Assembly (NCBI GenBank): GCA_964057225.1
Contig: OZ059895.1
Coordinates: 1,178,001 to 1,242,000, forward strand
Length of the DNA: 64,000 bases
Reading direction: 5' to 3'
From: Auanema rhodensis
Lineage: Eukaryota > Animalia > Nematoda
Positions 1-13,200 of this stretch are shown piece by piece. The translations under genes were made by a program, and so were the position numbers. The notes under the pieces were generated by a model, which worked only from the letters and a program-made list of their open reading frames with translations, did no database searches and had not been told where the DNA came from. Every line of letters begins with the position of its first letter. Positions within the stretch are counted from its first letter, which is position 1.

Positions 1-399
1 TTTCGTTGAATAACATTGTCCATCGTCTTTGCTTGAAAAATGGAATCTAAAAACATCTACTTTTTGCTAAATTATTTTGAAATTTTTCGAAAAAATTTTT
101 GTCAAAATGTTTTTGGAAGCAATGTTGAGTGTACATGGAAACTCAACATACACTAATGCATCATTTTTCAAACGATCATAACTAATTTTTGTATCAAGCG
201 TTTCTCAATGTAGTATAGTGCATTCGATGCGGATTTTTAAGCTGCGTCGTTCTGTGTTATCAGATTTGCGCTAGCTTAAAAATGCACCGAGATATCAACT
301 GATATAAGTTCACACTTATATCCTCGATTTTCACCCTGAAGAATTAATTTTTTCGTTGAATAACATTGTCCTTCGTCTTTGCCTTGAAAAAAGGAATCT

Positions 400-465
400 A
401 AAAACATCTACTTTTTGCTAAATTATTTTGAAATTTTTCGAAAAAATTTTTGTCAAAATGTTTTT
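400..465. repeat. A/T-tract quasi-palindrome containing TTTTTCGAAAAA (434-445), present in each monomer (representative copy)
   Basis: A 12-bp palindrome TTTTTCGAAAAA, flanked by TTTTGA/TCAAAA and outer AAAAACAT (400-407)/ATGTTTTT (458-465). Confidence 0.85.
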
Positions 466-472
466 GGAAGCA

Positions 473-500
473 ATGTTGAGTGTACATGGAAACTCAACAT
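473..500. repeat. 9-bp perfect inverted repeat with 10-nt loop, present in each monomer (representative copy)
   Basis: ATGTTGAGT-gtacatggaa-ACTCAACAT. Confidence 0.92.
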
Positions 501-583
501 ACACTAATGCATCATTTTTCAAACGATCATAACTAATTTTTGTATTAAGCGTTTCTCAATGTAGTATAGTGCATTCGATGCGG

Positions 584-634
584 ATTTTTAAGCTGCGTCG
601 ATCTGTGTTATCAGATTTGCGCTAGCTTAAAAAT
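584..634. repeat. 51-bp imperfect hairpin present in each monomer (representative copy)
   Basis: ATTTTTAAGCT (584-594) and AGCTTAAAAAT (624-634) are perfect 11-bp arms, with inner GCG/CGC and ATCTG/CAGAT pairing around a TGTTAT loop. Confidence 0.9.
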
Positions 635-651
635 GCACCGAGATATCAACT

Positions 652-673
652 GATATAAGTTCACACTTATATC
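652..673. repeat. 9-bp perfect inverted repeat with 4-nt loop, present in each monomer (representative copy)
   Basis: GATATAAGT-tcac-ACTTATATC. Confidence 0.92.
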
Positions 674-1989
674 CTCGATTTTCACCCTGAAGAATTAATT
701 TTTTCGTTGAATAACATTGTCCATCGTCTTTGCCTTGAAAAAAGGAATCTAAAAACATCTACTTTTTGCTAAATTATTTTGAAATTTTTCGAAAAAATTT
801 TTGTCAAAATGTTTTTGGAAGCAATGTTGAGTGTACATGGAAACTCAACATACACTAATGCATCATTTTTCAAACGATCATAACTAATTTTTGTATTAAG
901 CGTTTCTCAATGTAGTATAGTGCATTCGATGCGGATTTTTAAACTGCGTCGATCTGTGTTATCAAATTTGCGCTAGCTTAAAAATGCACCGAGATATCAA
1001 CTGATATGAGTTCACACATATATCCTCGATTTTCACCCTGAAGAATTAATTTTTTCGTTGAATAACAATGTCAATTGTCTTTGCCTTGAAAAAAAGAATC
1101 TAAAAACATCTACTTTTTGCTAAATTATTTTGAAATTTTTCGAAAAAATTTTTGTCAAAATGTTTTTGGAAGCAATGTTGAGTGTACATGGAAACTCAAC
1201 ATACACTAATGCATCATTTTTCAAACGATCATAACTAATTTCTGTATCAAGCGTTTCTCAATGTAGTATAGTGCATTCGATGCGGATTTTTAAACTGCGT
1301 CGATCTGTGTTATCAAATTTGCGCTAGCTTAAAAATGCACCGAGATATCAACTGATATGAGTTCACACTTATATCCTCGATTTTCACCCTGAAGAATTAA
1401 TTTTTCCGTTGAATAACATTGTCCATCGTCTTTGCCTTGAAAAAAGGAATCTAAAAACATCTACTTTTTGCTAAATTATTTTGAAATTTTTCGAAAAAAT
1501 TTTTGTCAAAATGTTTTTGGAAGCAATGTTGAGTGTACATGGAAACTCAACATACACTAATGCATCATTTTTCAAACGATCATAACTAATTTCTGTATCA
1601 AGCGTTTCTCAATGTAGTATAGTGCATTCGATGCGGATTTTTAAGCTGCGTCGATCTGTGTTATCAGATTTGCGCTAGCTTAAAAATGCACCGAGATATC
1701 AACTGATATAAGTTCACACTTATATCCTCGATTTTCACCCTGAAGAATTAATTTTTTCGTTGAATAACATTGTCCATCGTCTTTACCTTGAAAAAAGGAA
1801 TCTAAAAACATCTACTTTTTGCTAAATTATTCTGAAATTTTTCGAAAAAATTTTTGTCAAAATGTTTTTGGAAGCAATGTTGAGTGTACATGGAAACTCA
1901 ACATACACTAATGCATCATTTTTCAAACGATCATAACTAATTTTTGTATTAAGCGTTTCTCAATGTAGTATAGTGCATTCGATGCGGAT

Positions 1990-4900
1990 TTTTAAACTGC
2001 GTCGATCTGTGTTATCAAATTTGCGCTAGCTTAAAAATGCACCGAGATATCAACTGATATAAGTTCACACTTATATCCTCGATTTTCACCCTGAAGAATT
2101 AATTTTTTCGTTGAATAACAATGTCAATTGTCTTTGCCTTGAAAAAAAGAATCTAAAAACATCTACTTTTTGCTAAATTATTTTGAAATTTTTCGAAAAA
2201 ATTTTTGTCAAAATGTTTTTGGAAGCAATGTTGAGTGTACATGGAAACTCAACATACACTAATGCATCATTTTTCAAACGATCATAACTAATTTTTGTAT
2301 TAGGCGTTTTTCAATGTAGTATAGTGCATTCGATGCGGATTTTTAAGCTGCGTCGATCTGTGTTATCAGATTTGCGCTAGCTTAAAAATGCACCGAGATA
2401 TCAACTGATATAAGTTCACACTTATATCCTCGATTTTCACCCTGAAGAATTAAGTTTTTCGTTGAATAACATTGTCCATCGTCTTTACCTTGAAAAAAGG
2501 AATCTAAAAACATCTACTTTTTGCTAAATTATTCTGAAATTTTTCGAAAAAATTTTTGTCAAAATGTTTTTGGAAGCAATGTTGAGTGTACATGGAAACT
2601 CAACATACACTAATGCATCATTTTTCAAACGATCATAACTAATTTTTGTATTAAGCGTTTCTCAATGTAGTATAGTGCATTCGATGCGGATTTTTAAGCT
2701 GCGTCGATCTGTGTTATCAGATTTGAGCTAGCTTAAAAATGCACCGAGATATCAACTGATATAAGTTCACACTTATATCCTCGATTTTCACCCTGAAGAA
2801 TTAATTTTTTCGTTGAATAACATTGTCCATCGTCTTTACCTTGAAAAAAGGAATCTGAAAACATCTACTTTTTGCTAAATTATTCTGAAATTTTTCGAAA
2901 AAATTTTTGTCAAAATGTTTTTGGAAGCAATGTTGAGTGTACATGGAAACTCAACATACACTAATGCATCATTTTTCAAACGATCATAACTAATTTTTGT
3001 ATTAAGCGTTTCTCAATGTAGTATAGTGCATTCGATGCGGATTTTTAAGCTGCGTCGATCTGTGTTATCAAATTTGCGCTAGCTTAAAAATGCACCGAGA
3101 TATCAACTGATATAAGTTCACACTTATATCCTCGATTTTCACCCTGAAGAATTAATTTTTTCGTTGAATAACATTGTCCATCGTCTTTACCTTGAAAAAA
3201 GGAATCTAAAAACATCTACTTTTTGCTAAATTATTCTGAAATTTTTCGAAAAAAGTTTTGTCAAAATGTTTTTGGAAGCAATGTTGAGTGTACATGGAAA
3301 CTCAACATACACTAATGCATCATTTTTCAAACGATCATAACTAATTTTTGTATTAAGCGTTTCTCAATGTAGTATAGTGCATTCGATGCGGATTTTTAAG
3401 CTGCGTCGATCTGTGTTATCAAATTTGAGCTAGCTTAAAAATGCACCGAGATATCAACTGATATAAGTTCACACTTATATCCTCGATTTTCACCCTGAAG
3501 AATTAATTTTTTCGTTGAATAACATTGTCCATCGTCTTTGCCTTGAAAAAAGGAATCTAAAAACATCTACTTTTTGCTAAATTATTTTGAAATTTTTCGA
3601 AAAAATTTTTGTCAAAATGTTTTTGGAAGCAATGTTGAGTGTACATGGAAACTCAACATACACTAATGCATCATTTTTCAAACGATCATAACTAATTTTT
3701 GTATTAAGCGTTTCTCAATGTAGTATAGTGCATTCGATGCGGATTTTTAAACTGCGTCGATCTGTGTTATCAAATTTGCGCTAGCTTAAAAATGCACCGA
3801 GATATCAACTGATATAAGTTCACACTTATATCCTCGATTTTCACCCTGAAGAATTAATTTTTTCGTTGAATAACAATGTCAATTGTCTTTGCCTTGAAAA
3901 AAAGAATCTAAAAACATCTACTTTTTGCTAAATTATTTTGAAATTTTTCGAAAAAATTTTTGTCAAAATGTTTTTGGAAGCAATGTTGAGTGTACATGGA
4001 AACTCAACATACACTAATGCATCATTTTTCAAACGATCATAACTAATTTTTGTATTAAGCGTTTCTCAATGTAGTATAGTGCATTCGATGCGGATTTTTA
4101 AGCTGCGTCGATCTGTGTTATCAGATTTGAGCTAGCTTAAAAATGCACCGAGATATCAACTGATATAAGTTCACACTTATATCCTCGATTTTCACCCTGA
4201 AGAATTAATTTTTTCGTTGAATAACATTGTCCATCGTCTTTACCTTGAAAAAAGGAATCTGAAAACATCTACTTTTTGCTAAATTATTCTGAAATTTTTC
4301 GAAAAAATTTTTGTCAAAATGTTTTTGGAAGCAATGTTGAGTGTACATGGAAACTCAACATACACTAATGCATCATTTTTCAAACGATCATAACTAATTT
4401 TTGTATTAAGCGTTTCTCAATGTAGTATAGTGCATTCGATGCGGATTTTTAAGCTGCGTCGATCTGTGTTATCAGATTTGAGCTAGCTTAAAAATGCACC
4501 GAGATATCAACTGATATAAGTTCACACTTATATCCTCGATTTTCACCCTGAAGAATTAATTTTTTCGTTGAATAACATTGTCCATCGTCTTTACCTTGAA
4601 AAAAGGAATCTGAAAACATCTACTTTTTGCTAAATTATTCTGAAATTTTTCGAAAAAATTTTTGTCAAAATGTTTTTGGAAGCAATGTTGAGTGTACATG
4701 GAAACTCAACATACACTAATGCATCATTTTTCAAACGATCATAACTAATTTTTGTATTAAGCGTTTCTCAATGTAGTATAGTGCATTCGATGCGGATTTT
4801 TAAGCTGCGTCGATCTGTGTTATCAAATTTGCGCTAGCTTAAAAATGCACCGAGATATCAACTGATATAAGTTCACACTTATATCCTCGATTTTCACCCT

Positions 4901-6600
4901 GAAGAATTAATTTTTTCGTTGAATAACATTGTCCATCGTCTTTACCTTGAAAAAAGGAATCTAAAAACATCTACTTTTTGCTAAATTATTCTGAAATTTT
5001 TCGAAAAAAGTTTTGTCAAAATGTTTTTGGAAGCAATGTTGAGTGTACATGGAAACTCAACATACACTAATGCATCATTTTTCAAACGATCATAACTAAT
5101 TTTTGTATTAAGCGTTTCTCAATGTAGTATAGTGCATTCGATGCGGATTTTTAAGCTGCGTCGATCTGTGTTATCAAATTTGAGCTAGCTTAAAAATGCA
5201 CCGAGATATCAACTGATATAAGTTCACACTTATATCCTCGATTTTCACCCTGAAGAATTAATTTTTTCGTTGAATAACATTGTCCATCGTCTTTGCCTTG
5301 AAAAAAGGAATCTAAAAACATCTACTTTTTGCTAAATTATTTTGAAATTTTTCGAAAAAATTTTTGTCAAAATGTTTTTGGAAGCAATGTTGAGTGTACA
5401 TGGAAACTCAACATACACTAATGCATCATTTTTCAAACGATCATAACTAATTTTTGTATTAAGCGTTTCTCAATGTAGTATAGTGCATTCGATGCGGATT
5501 TTTAAACTGCGTCGATCTGTGTTATCAAATTTGCGCTAGCTTAAAAATGCACCGAGATATCAACTGATATAAGTTCACACTTATATCCTCGATTTTCACC
5601 CTGAAGAATTAATTTTTTCGTTGAATAACAATGTCAATTGTCTTTGCCTTGAAAAAAAGAATCTAAAAACATCTACTTTTTGCTAAATTATTTTGAAATT
5701 TTTCGAAAAAATTTTTGTCAAAATGTTTTTGGAAGCAATGTTGAGTGTACATGGAAACTCAACATACACTAATGCATCATTTTTCAAACGATCATAACTA
5801 ATTTTTGTATTAAGCGTTTCTCAATGTAGTATAGTGCATTCGATGCGGATTTTTAAGCTGCGTCGATCTGTGTTATCAGATTTGCGCTAGCTTAAAAATG
5901 CACCGAGATATCAACTGATATAAGTTCACACTTATATCCTCGATTTTCACCCTGAAGAATTAAGTTTTTCGTTGAATAACATTGTCCATCGTCTTTACCT
6001 TGAAAAAAGGAATCTAAAAACATCTACTTTTTGCTAAATTATTCTGAAATTTTTCGAAAAAATTTTTGTCAAAATGTTTTTGGAAGCAATGTTGAGTGTA
6101 CATGGAAACTCAACATACACTAATGCATCATTTTTCAAACGATCATAACTAATTTTTGTATTAAGCGTTTCTCAATGTAGTATAGTGCATTCGATGCGGA
6201 TTTTTAAGCTGCGTCGATCTGTGTTATCAGATTTGAGCTAGCTTAAAAATGCACCGAGATATCAACTGATATAAGTTCACACTTATATCCTCGATTTTCA
6301 CCCTGAAGAATTAATTTTTTCGTTGAATAACATTGTCCATCGTCTTTACCTTGAAAAAAGGAATCTGAAAACATCTACTTTTTGCTAAATTATTCTGAAA
6401 TTTTTCGAAAAAATTTTTGTCAAAATGTTTTTGGAAGCAATGTTGAGTGTACATGGAAACTCAACATACACTAATGCATCATTTTTCAAACGATCATAAC
6501 TAATTTTTGTATTAAGCGTTTCTCAATGTAGTATAGTGCATTCGATGCGGATTTTTAAGCTGCGTCGATCTGTGTTATCAAATTTGCGCTAGCTTAAAAA
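1990..6600 (+). repeat. Local 5-monomer (1755-bp) higher-order repeat, ~2.6 copies
   Basis: Variant AAACTGCG at ~1995, ~3750 and ~5505; ACAATGTCAATTG at ~2120, ~3875 and ~5630; AAAAGTTTTG at ~3255 and ~5010. Confidence 0.8.
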
Positions 6601-7269
6601 TGCACCGAGATATCAACTGATATAAGTTCACACTTATATCCTCGATTTTCACCCTGAAGAATTAATTTTTTCGTTGAATAACAATGTCCATCGTCTTTGC
6701 TTTGAAAAAAAGAATCTAAAAACATCTACTTTTTGCTAAATTATTTTGAAATTTTTCGAAAAAATTTTTGTCAAAATGTTTTTGGAAGCAATGTTGAGTG
6801 TACATGGAAACTCAACATACACTAATGCATCATTTTTCAAACGATCATAACTAATTTTTGTATTAAGCGTTTCTCAATGTAGTATAATGCATTCGATGCC
6901 GATTTTTAAGCTGGGTCGATCTGTGTTATCAGATTTGAGCTAGCTTAAAAATGCACCGAGATATCAACTGATATAAGTTCACACTTATATCCTCGATTTT
7001 CACCCTGAAGAATTAATTTTTTCGTTGAATAACAATGTCCATTGTCTTTGCCTTGAAAAAAAGAATCTAAAAACATCTACTTTTTGCTAAATTATTTTGA
7101 AATTTTTCGAAAAAATTTTTGTCAAAATGTTTTTGGAAGCAATGTTGAGTGTACATGGAAACTCAACATACACTAATGCATCATTTTTCAAACGATCATA
7201 ACTAATTTTTGTATTAAGCGTTTCTCAATGTAGTATAGTGCATTCGATGCGGATTTTTAAGCTGCGTCG

Positions 7270-10200
7270 ATCTGTGTTATCAGATTTGAGCTAGCTTAAA
7301 AATGCACCGAGATATCAACTGATATAAGTTCACACTTATATCCTCGATTTTCACCCTGAAGAATTAATTTTTTCGTTGAATAACATTGTCCATCGTCTTT
7401 ACCTTGAAAAAAGGAATCTAAAAACATCTACTTTTTGCTAAATTATTCTGAAATTTTTCGAAAAAATTTTTGTCAAAATGTTTTTGGAAGCAATGTTGAG
7501 TGTACATGGAAACTCAACATACACTAATGCATCATTTTTCAAACGATCATAACTAATTTTTGTATTAAGCGTTTCTCAATGTAGTATAGTGCATTCGATG
7601 CGGATTTTTAAGCTGCGTCGATCTGTGTTATCAAATTTGAGCTAGCTTAAAAATGCACCGAGATATCAACTGATATAAGTTCACACTTATATCCTCGATT
7701 TTCACCCTGAAGAATTAATTTTTTCGTTGAATAACATTGTCCATCGTCTTTACCTTGAAAAAAGGAATCTAAAAACATCTACTTTTTGCTAAATTATTCT
7801 GAAATTTTTCGAAAAAATTTTTGTCAAAATGTTTTTGGAAGCAATGTTGAGTGTACATGGAAACTCAACATACACTAATGCATCATTTTTCAAACGATCA
7901 TAACTAATTTTTGTATTAAGCGTTTCTCAATGTAGTATAGTGCATTCGATGCGGATTTTTAAGCTGGGTCGATCTGTGTTATCAGATTTGAGCTAGCTTA
8001 AAAATGCACCGAGATATCAACTGATATAAGTTCACACTTATATCCTCGATTTTCACCCTGAAGAATTAATTTTTTCGTTGAATAACATTGTCCATCGTCT
8101 TTACCTTGAAAAAAGGAATCTAAAAACATCTACTTTTTGCTAAATTATTCTGAAATTTTTCGAAAAAATTTTTGTCAAAATGTTTTTGGAAGCAATGTTG
8201 AGTGTACATGGAAACTCAACATACACTAATGCATCATTTTTCAAACGATCATAACTAATTTTTGTTTTAAGCGTTTCTCAATGTAGTATAGTGCATTCGA
8301 TGCGGATTTTTAAGCTGCGTCGATCTGTGTTATCAAATTTGCGCTAGCTTAAAAATGCACCGAGATATCAACTGATATAAGTTCACACTTATATCCTCGA
8401 TTTTCACCCTGAAGAATTAATTTTTTCGTTGAATAACAATGTCCATCGTCTTTGCTTTGAAAAAAAGAATCTAAAAACATCTACTTTTTGCTAAATTATT
8501 TTGAAATTTTTCGAAAAAATTTTTGTCAAAATGTTTTTGGAAGCAATGTTGAGTGTACATGGAAACTCAACATACACTAATGCATCATTTTTCAAACGAT
8601 CATAACTAATTTTTGTATTAAGCGTTTCTCAATGTAGTATAGTGCATTCGATGCGGATTTTTAAGCTGCGTCGATCTGTGTCATCAGATTTGAGTTAGCT
8701 TAAAAATGCACCGAGATATCAACTGATATAAGTTCACACTTATATCCTCGATTTTCACCCTGAAGAATTAATTTTTTCGTTGAATAACATTGTCCATCGT
8801 CTTTACCTTGAAAAAAGGAATCTAAAAACATCTACTTTTTGCTAAATTATTCTGAAATTTTTCGAAAAAATTTTTGTCAAAATGTTTTTGGAAGCAATGT
8901 TGAGTGTACATGGAAACTCAACATACACTAATGCATCATTTTTCAAACGATCATAACTAATTTTTGTATTAAGCGTTTCTCAATGTTGTATAGTGCATTC
9001 GATGCGGATTTTTAAGCTGCGTCGATCTGTGTTATCAGATTTGAGCTAGCTTAAAAATGCACCGAGATATCAACTGATATAAGTTCACACTTATATCCTC
9101 GATTTTCACCCTGAAGAATTAATTTTTTCGTTGAATAACATTGTCCATCGTCTTTACCTTGAAAAAAGGAATCTGAAAACATCTACTTTTTGCTAAATTA
9201 TTCTGAAATTTTTCGAAAAAATTTTTGTCAAAATGTTTTTGGAAGCAATGTTGAGTGTACATGGAAACTCAACATACACTAATGCATCATTTTTCAAACG
9301 ATCATAACTAATTTTTGTATTAAGCGTTTCTCAATGTAGTATAGTGCATTCGATGCGGATTTTTAAGCTGCGTCGATCTGTGTTATCAGATTTGCGCTAG
9401 CTTAAAAATGCACCGAGATATCAACTGATATAAGTTCACACTTATATCCTCGATTTTCACCCTGAAGAATTAATTTTTTCGTTGAATAACATTGTCCATC
9501 GTCTTTGCCTCGAAAAAAGGAATCTAAAAACATCTACTTTTTGCTAAATTATTCTGAAATTTTTCGAAAAAATTTTTGTCAAAATGTTTTTGGAAGCAAT
9601 GTTGAGTGTACATGGAAACTCAACATACACTAATGCATCATTTTTCAAACGATCATAACTAATTTTTGTATTAAGCGTTTCTCAATGTAGTATAGTGCAT
9701 TCGATGCGGATTTTTAAGCTGCGTCGATCTGTGTTATCAGATTTGCGCTAGCTTAAAAATGCACCGAGATATCAACTGATATAAGTTCACACTTATATCC
9801 TCGATTTTCACCCTGAAGAATTAATTTTTTCGTTGAATAACATTGTCCATCGTCTTTGCCTCGAAAAAAGGAATCTAAAAACATCTACTTTTTGCTAAAT
9901 TATTTTGAAATTTTTCGAAAAAATTTTTGTCAAAATGTTTTTGGAAGCAATGTTGAGTGTACATGGAAACTCAACATACACTAATGCATCATTTTTCAAA
10001 CGATCATAACTAATTTTTGTATTAAGCGTTTTTCAATGTAGTATAGTGCATTCGATGCGGATTTTTAAGCTGCGTCGATCTGTGTTATCAGATTTGCGCT
10101 AGCTTAAAAATGCACCGAGATATCAACTGATATAAGTTCACACTTATATCCTCGATTTTCACCCTGAAGAATTAATTTTTTCGTTGAATAACATTGTCCA

Positions 10201-13200
10201 TCGTCTTTGCCTCGAAAAAAGGAATCTAAAAACATCTACTTTTTGCTAAATTATTTTGAAATTTTTCGAAAAAATTTTTGTCAAAATGTTTTTGGAAGCA
10301 ATGTTGAGTGTACATGGAAACTCAACATACACTAATGCATCATTTTTCAAACGATCATAACTAATTTTTGTATTAAGCGTTTTTCAATGTAGTATAGTGC
10401 ATTCGATGCGGATTTTTAAGCTGCGTCGATCTGTGTTATCAGATTTGCGCTAGCTTAAAAATGCACCGAGATATCAACTGATATAAGTTCACACTTATAT
10501 CCTCGATTTTCACCCTGAAGAATTAATTTTTTCGTTGAATAACATTGTCCATCGTCTTTGCCTTGAAAAAAGGAATCTAAAAACATCTACTTTTTGCTAA
10601 ATTATTTTGAAATTTTTCGAAAAAATTTTTGTCAAAATGTTTTTGGAAGCAATGTTGAGTGTACATGGAAACTCAACATACACTAATGCATCATTTTTCA
10701 AACGATCATAACTAATTTTTGTATTAAGCGTTTCTCAATGTAGTATAGTGCATTCGATGCGGATTTTTAAGCTGCGTCGATCTGTGTTATCAAATTTGAG
10801 CTAGCTTAAAAATGCACCGAGATATCAACTGATATAAGTTCACACTTATATCCTCGATTTTCACCCTGAAGAATTAATTTTTTCGTTGAATAACATTGTC
10901 CATCGTCTTTACCTTGAAAAAAGGAATCTAAAAACATCTACTTTTTGCTAAATTATTCTGAAATTTTTCGAAAAAATTTTTGTCAAAATGTTTTTGGAAG
11001 CAATGTTGAGTGTACATGGAAACTCAACATACACTAATGCATCATTTTTCAAACGATCATAACTAATTTTTGTATTAAGCGTTTCTCAATGTAGTATAGT
11101 GCATTCGATGCGGATTTTTAAGCTGGGTCGATCTGTGTTATCAGATTTGAGCTAGCTTAAAAATGCACCGAGATATCAACTGATATAAGTTCACACTTAT
11201 ATCCTCGATTTTCACCCTGAAGAATTAATTTTTTCGTTGAATAACATTGTCCATCGTCTTTACCTTGAAAAAAGGAATCTAAAAACATCTACTTTTTGCT
11301 AAATTATTCTGAAATTTTTCGAAAAAATTTTTGTCAAAATGTTTTTGGAAGCAATGTTGAGTGTACATGGAAACTCAACATACACTAATGCATCATTTTT
11401 CAAACGATCATAACTAATTTTTGTATTAAGCGTTTCTCAATGTAGTATAGTGCATTCGATGCGGATTTTTAAGCTGCGTCGATCTGTGTTATCAAATTTG
11501 AGCTAGCTTAAAAATGCACCGAGATATCAACTGATATAAGTTCACACTTATATCCTCGATTTTCACCCTGAAGAATTAATTTTTTCGTTGAATAACATTG
11601 TCCATCGTCTTTACCTTGAAAAAAGGAATCTAAAAACATCTACTTTTTGCTAAATTATTCTGAAATTTTTCGAAAAAATTTTTGTCAAAATGTTTTTGGA
11701 AGCAATGTTGAGTGTACATGGAAACTCAACATACACTAATGCATCATTTTTCAAACGATCATAACTAATTTTTGTATTAAGCGTTTCTCAATGTAGTATA
11801 GTGCATTCGATGCGGATTTTTAAGCTGGGTCGATCTGTGTTATCAGATTTGAGCTAGCTTAAAAATGCACCGAGATATCAACTGATATAAGTTCACACTT
11901 ATATCCTCGATTTTCACCCTGAAGAATTAATTTTTTCGTTGAATAACATTGTCCATCGTCTTTACCTTGAAAAAAGGAATCTAAAAACATCTACTTTTTG
12001 CTAAATTATTCTGAAATTTTTCGAAAAAATTTTTGTCAAAATGTTTTTGGAAGCAATGTTGAGTGTACATGGAAACTCAACATACACTAATGCATCATTT
12101 TTCAAACGATCATAACTAATTTTTGTTTTAAGCGTTTCTCAATGTAGTATAGTGCATTCGATGCGGATTTTTAAGCTGCGTCGATCTGTGTTATCAAATT
12201 TGCGCTAGCTTAAAAATGCACCGAGATATCAACTGATATAAGTTCACACTTATATCCTCGATTTTCACCCTGAAGAATTAATTTTTTCGTTGAATAACAA
12301 TGTCCATCGTCTTTGCTTTGAAAAAAAGAATCTAAAAACATCTACTTTTTGCTAAATTATTTTGAAATTTTTCGAAAAAATTTTTGTCAAAATGTTTTTG
12401 GAAGCAATGTTGAGTGTACATGGAAACTCAACATACACTAATGCATCATTTTTCAAACGATCATAACTAATTTTTGTATTAAGCGTTTCTCAATGTAGTA
12501 TAGTGCATTCGATGCGGATTTTTAAGCTGCGTCGATCTGTGTCATCAGATTTGAGCTAGCTTAAAAATGCACCGAGATATCAACTGATATAAGTTCACAC
12601 TTATATCCTCGATTTTCACCCTGAAGAATTAATTTTTTCGTTGAATAACATTGTCCATCGTCTTTACCTTGAAAAAAGGAATCTAAAAACATCTACTTTT
12701 TGCTAAATTATTCTGAAATTTTTCGAAAAAATTTTTGTCAAAATGTTTTTGGAAGCAATGTTGAGTGTACATGGAAACTCAACATACACTAATGCATCAT
12801 TTTTCAAACGATCATAACTAATTTTTGTATTAAGCGTTTCTCAATGTTGTATAGTGCATTCGATGCGGATTTTTAAGCTGCGTCGATCTGTGTTATCAGA
12901 TTTGAGCTAGCTTAAAAATGCACCGAGATATCAACTGATATAAGTTCACACTTATATCCTCGATTTTCACCCTGAAGAATTAATTTTTTCGTTGAATAAC
13001 ATTGTCCATCGTCTTTACCTTGAAAAAAGGAATCTGAAAACATCTACTTTTTGCTAAATTATTCTGAAATTTTTCGAAAAAATTTTTGTCAAAATGTTTT
13101 TGGAAGCAATGTTGAGTGTACATGGAAACTCAACATACACTAATGCATCATTTTTCAAACGATCATAACTAATTTTTGTATTAAGCGTTTCTCAATGTAG

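Larger units (their letters stand above)
351..701 (+). repeat. Representative 351-bp monomer (~31% GC, rich in A/T tracts, several internal dyads)
   Basis: Hand count gives 57 C + 53 G in 351 bp. Monomer coordinates used elsewhere equal the window position minus 350 for this copy. Confidence 0.97.

Noticed and set aside
351-367. CENP-B box-like motif (TTTCGTTGAATAACATT)
   Set aside because: It matches only the TTCG....A half of NTTCGNNNNANNCGGGN; the essential CGGG is absent.
584-673. Hairpins as intrinsic transcription terminators
   Set aside because: The stems are AT-rich, there is no upstream gene, and the context is satellite DNA.
351-701. Tandem RNA gene cluster (5S rRNA, tRNA, snRNA, spliced leader)
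   Set aside because: I found no recognisable conserved RNA sequence or Pol III A/B/C boxes. A covariance-model (Rfam) search would settle it.
351-701. Monomer as a dimer of ~175-bp subunits
   Set aside because: No convincing half-to-half similarity by eye, only short shared words (AATTTTTGT, CAATGT, AATGCA).
351-701. Assignment to a named satellite family (e.g. Drosophila 1.688/359-bp or ~340-360-bp beetle satellites)
   Set aside because: Length and AT-richness are similar, but I do not recognise the sequence. This needs a database search.
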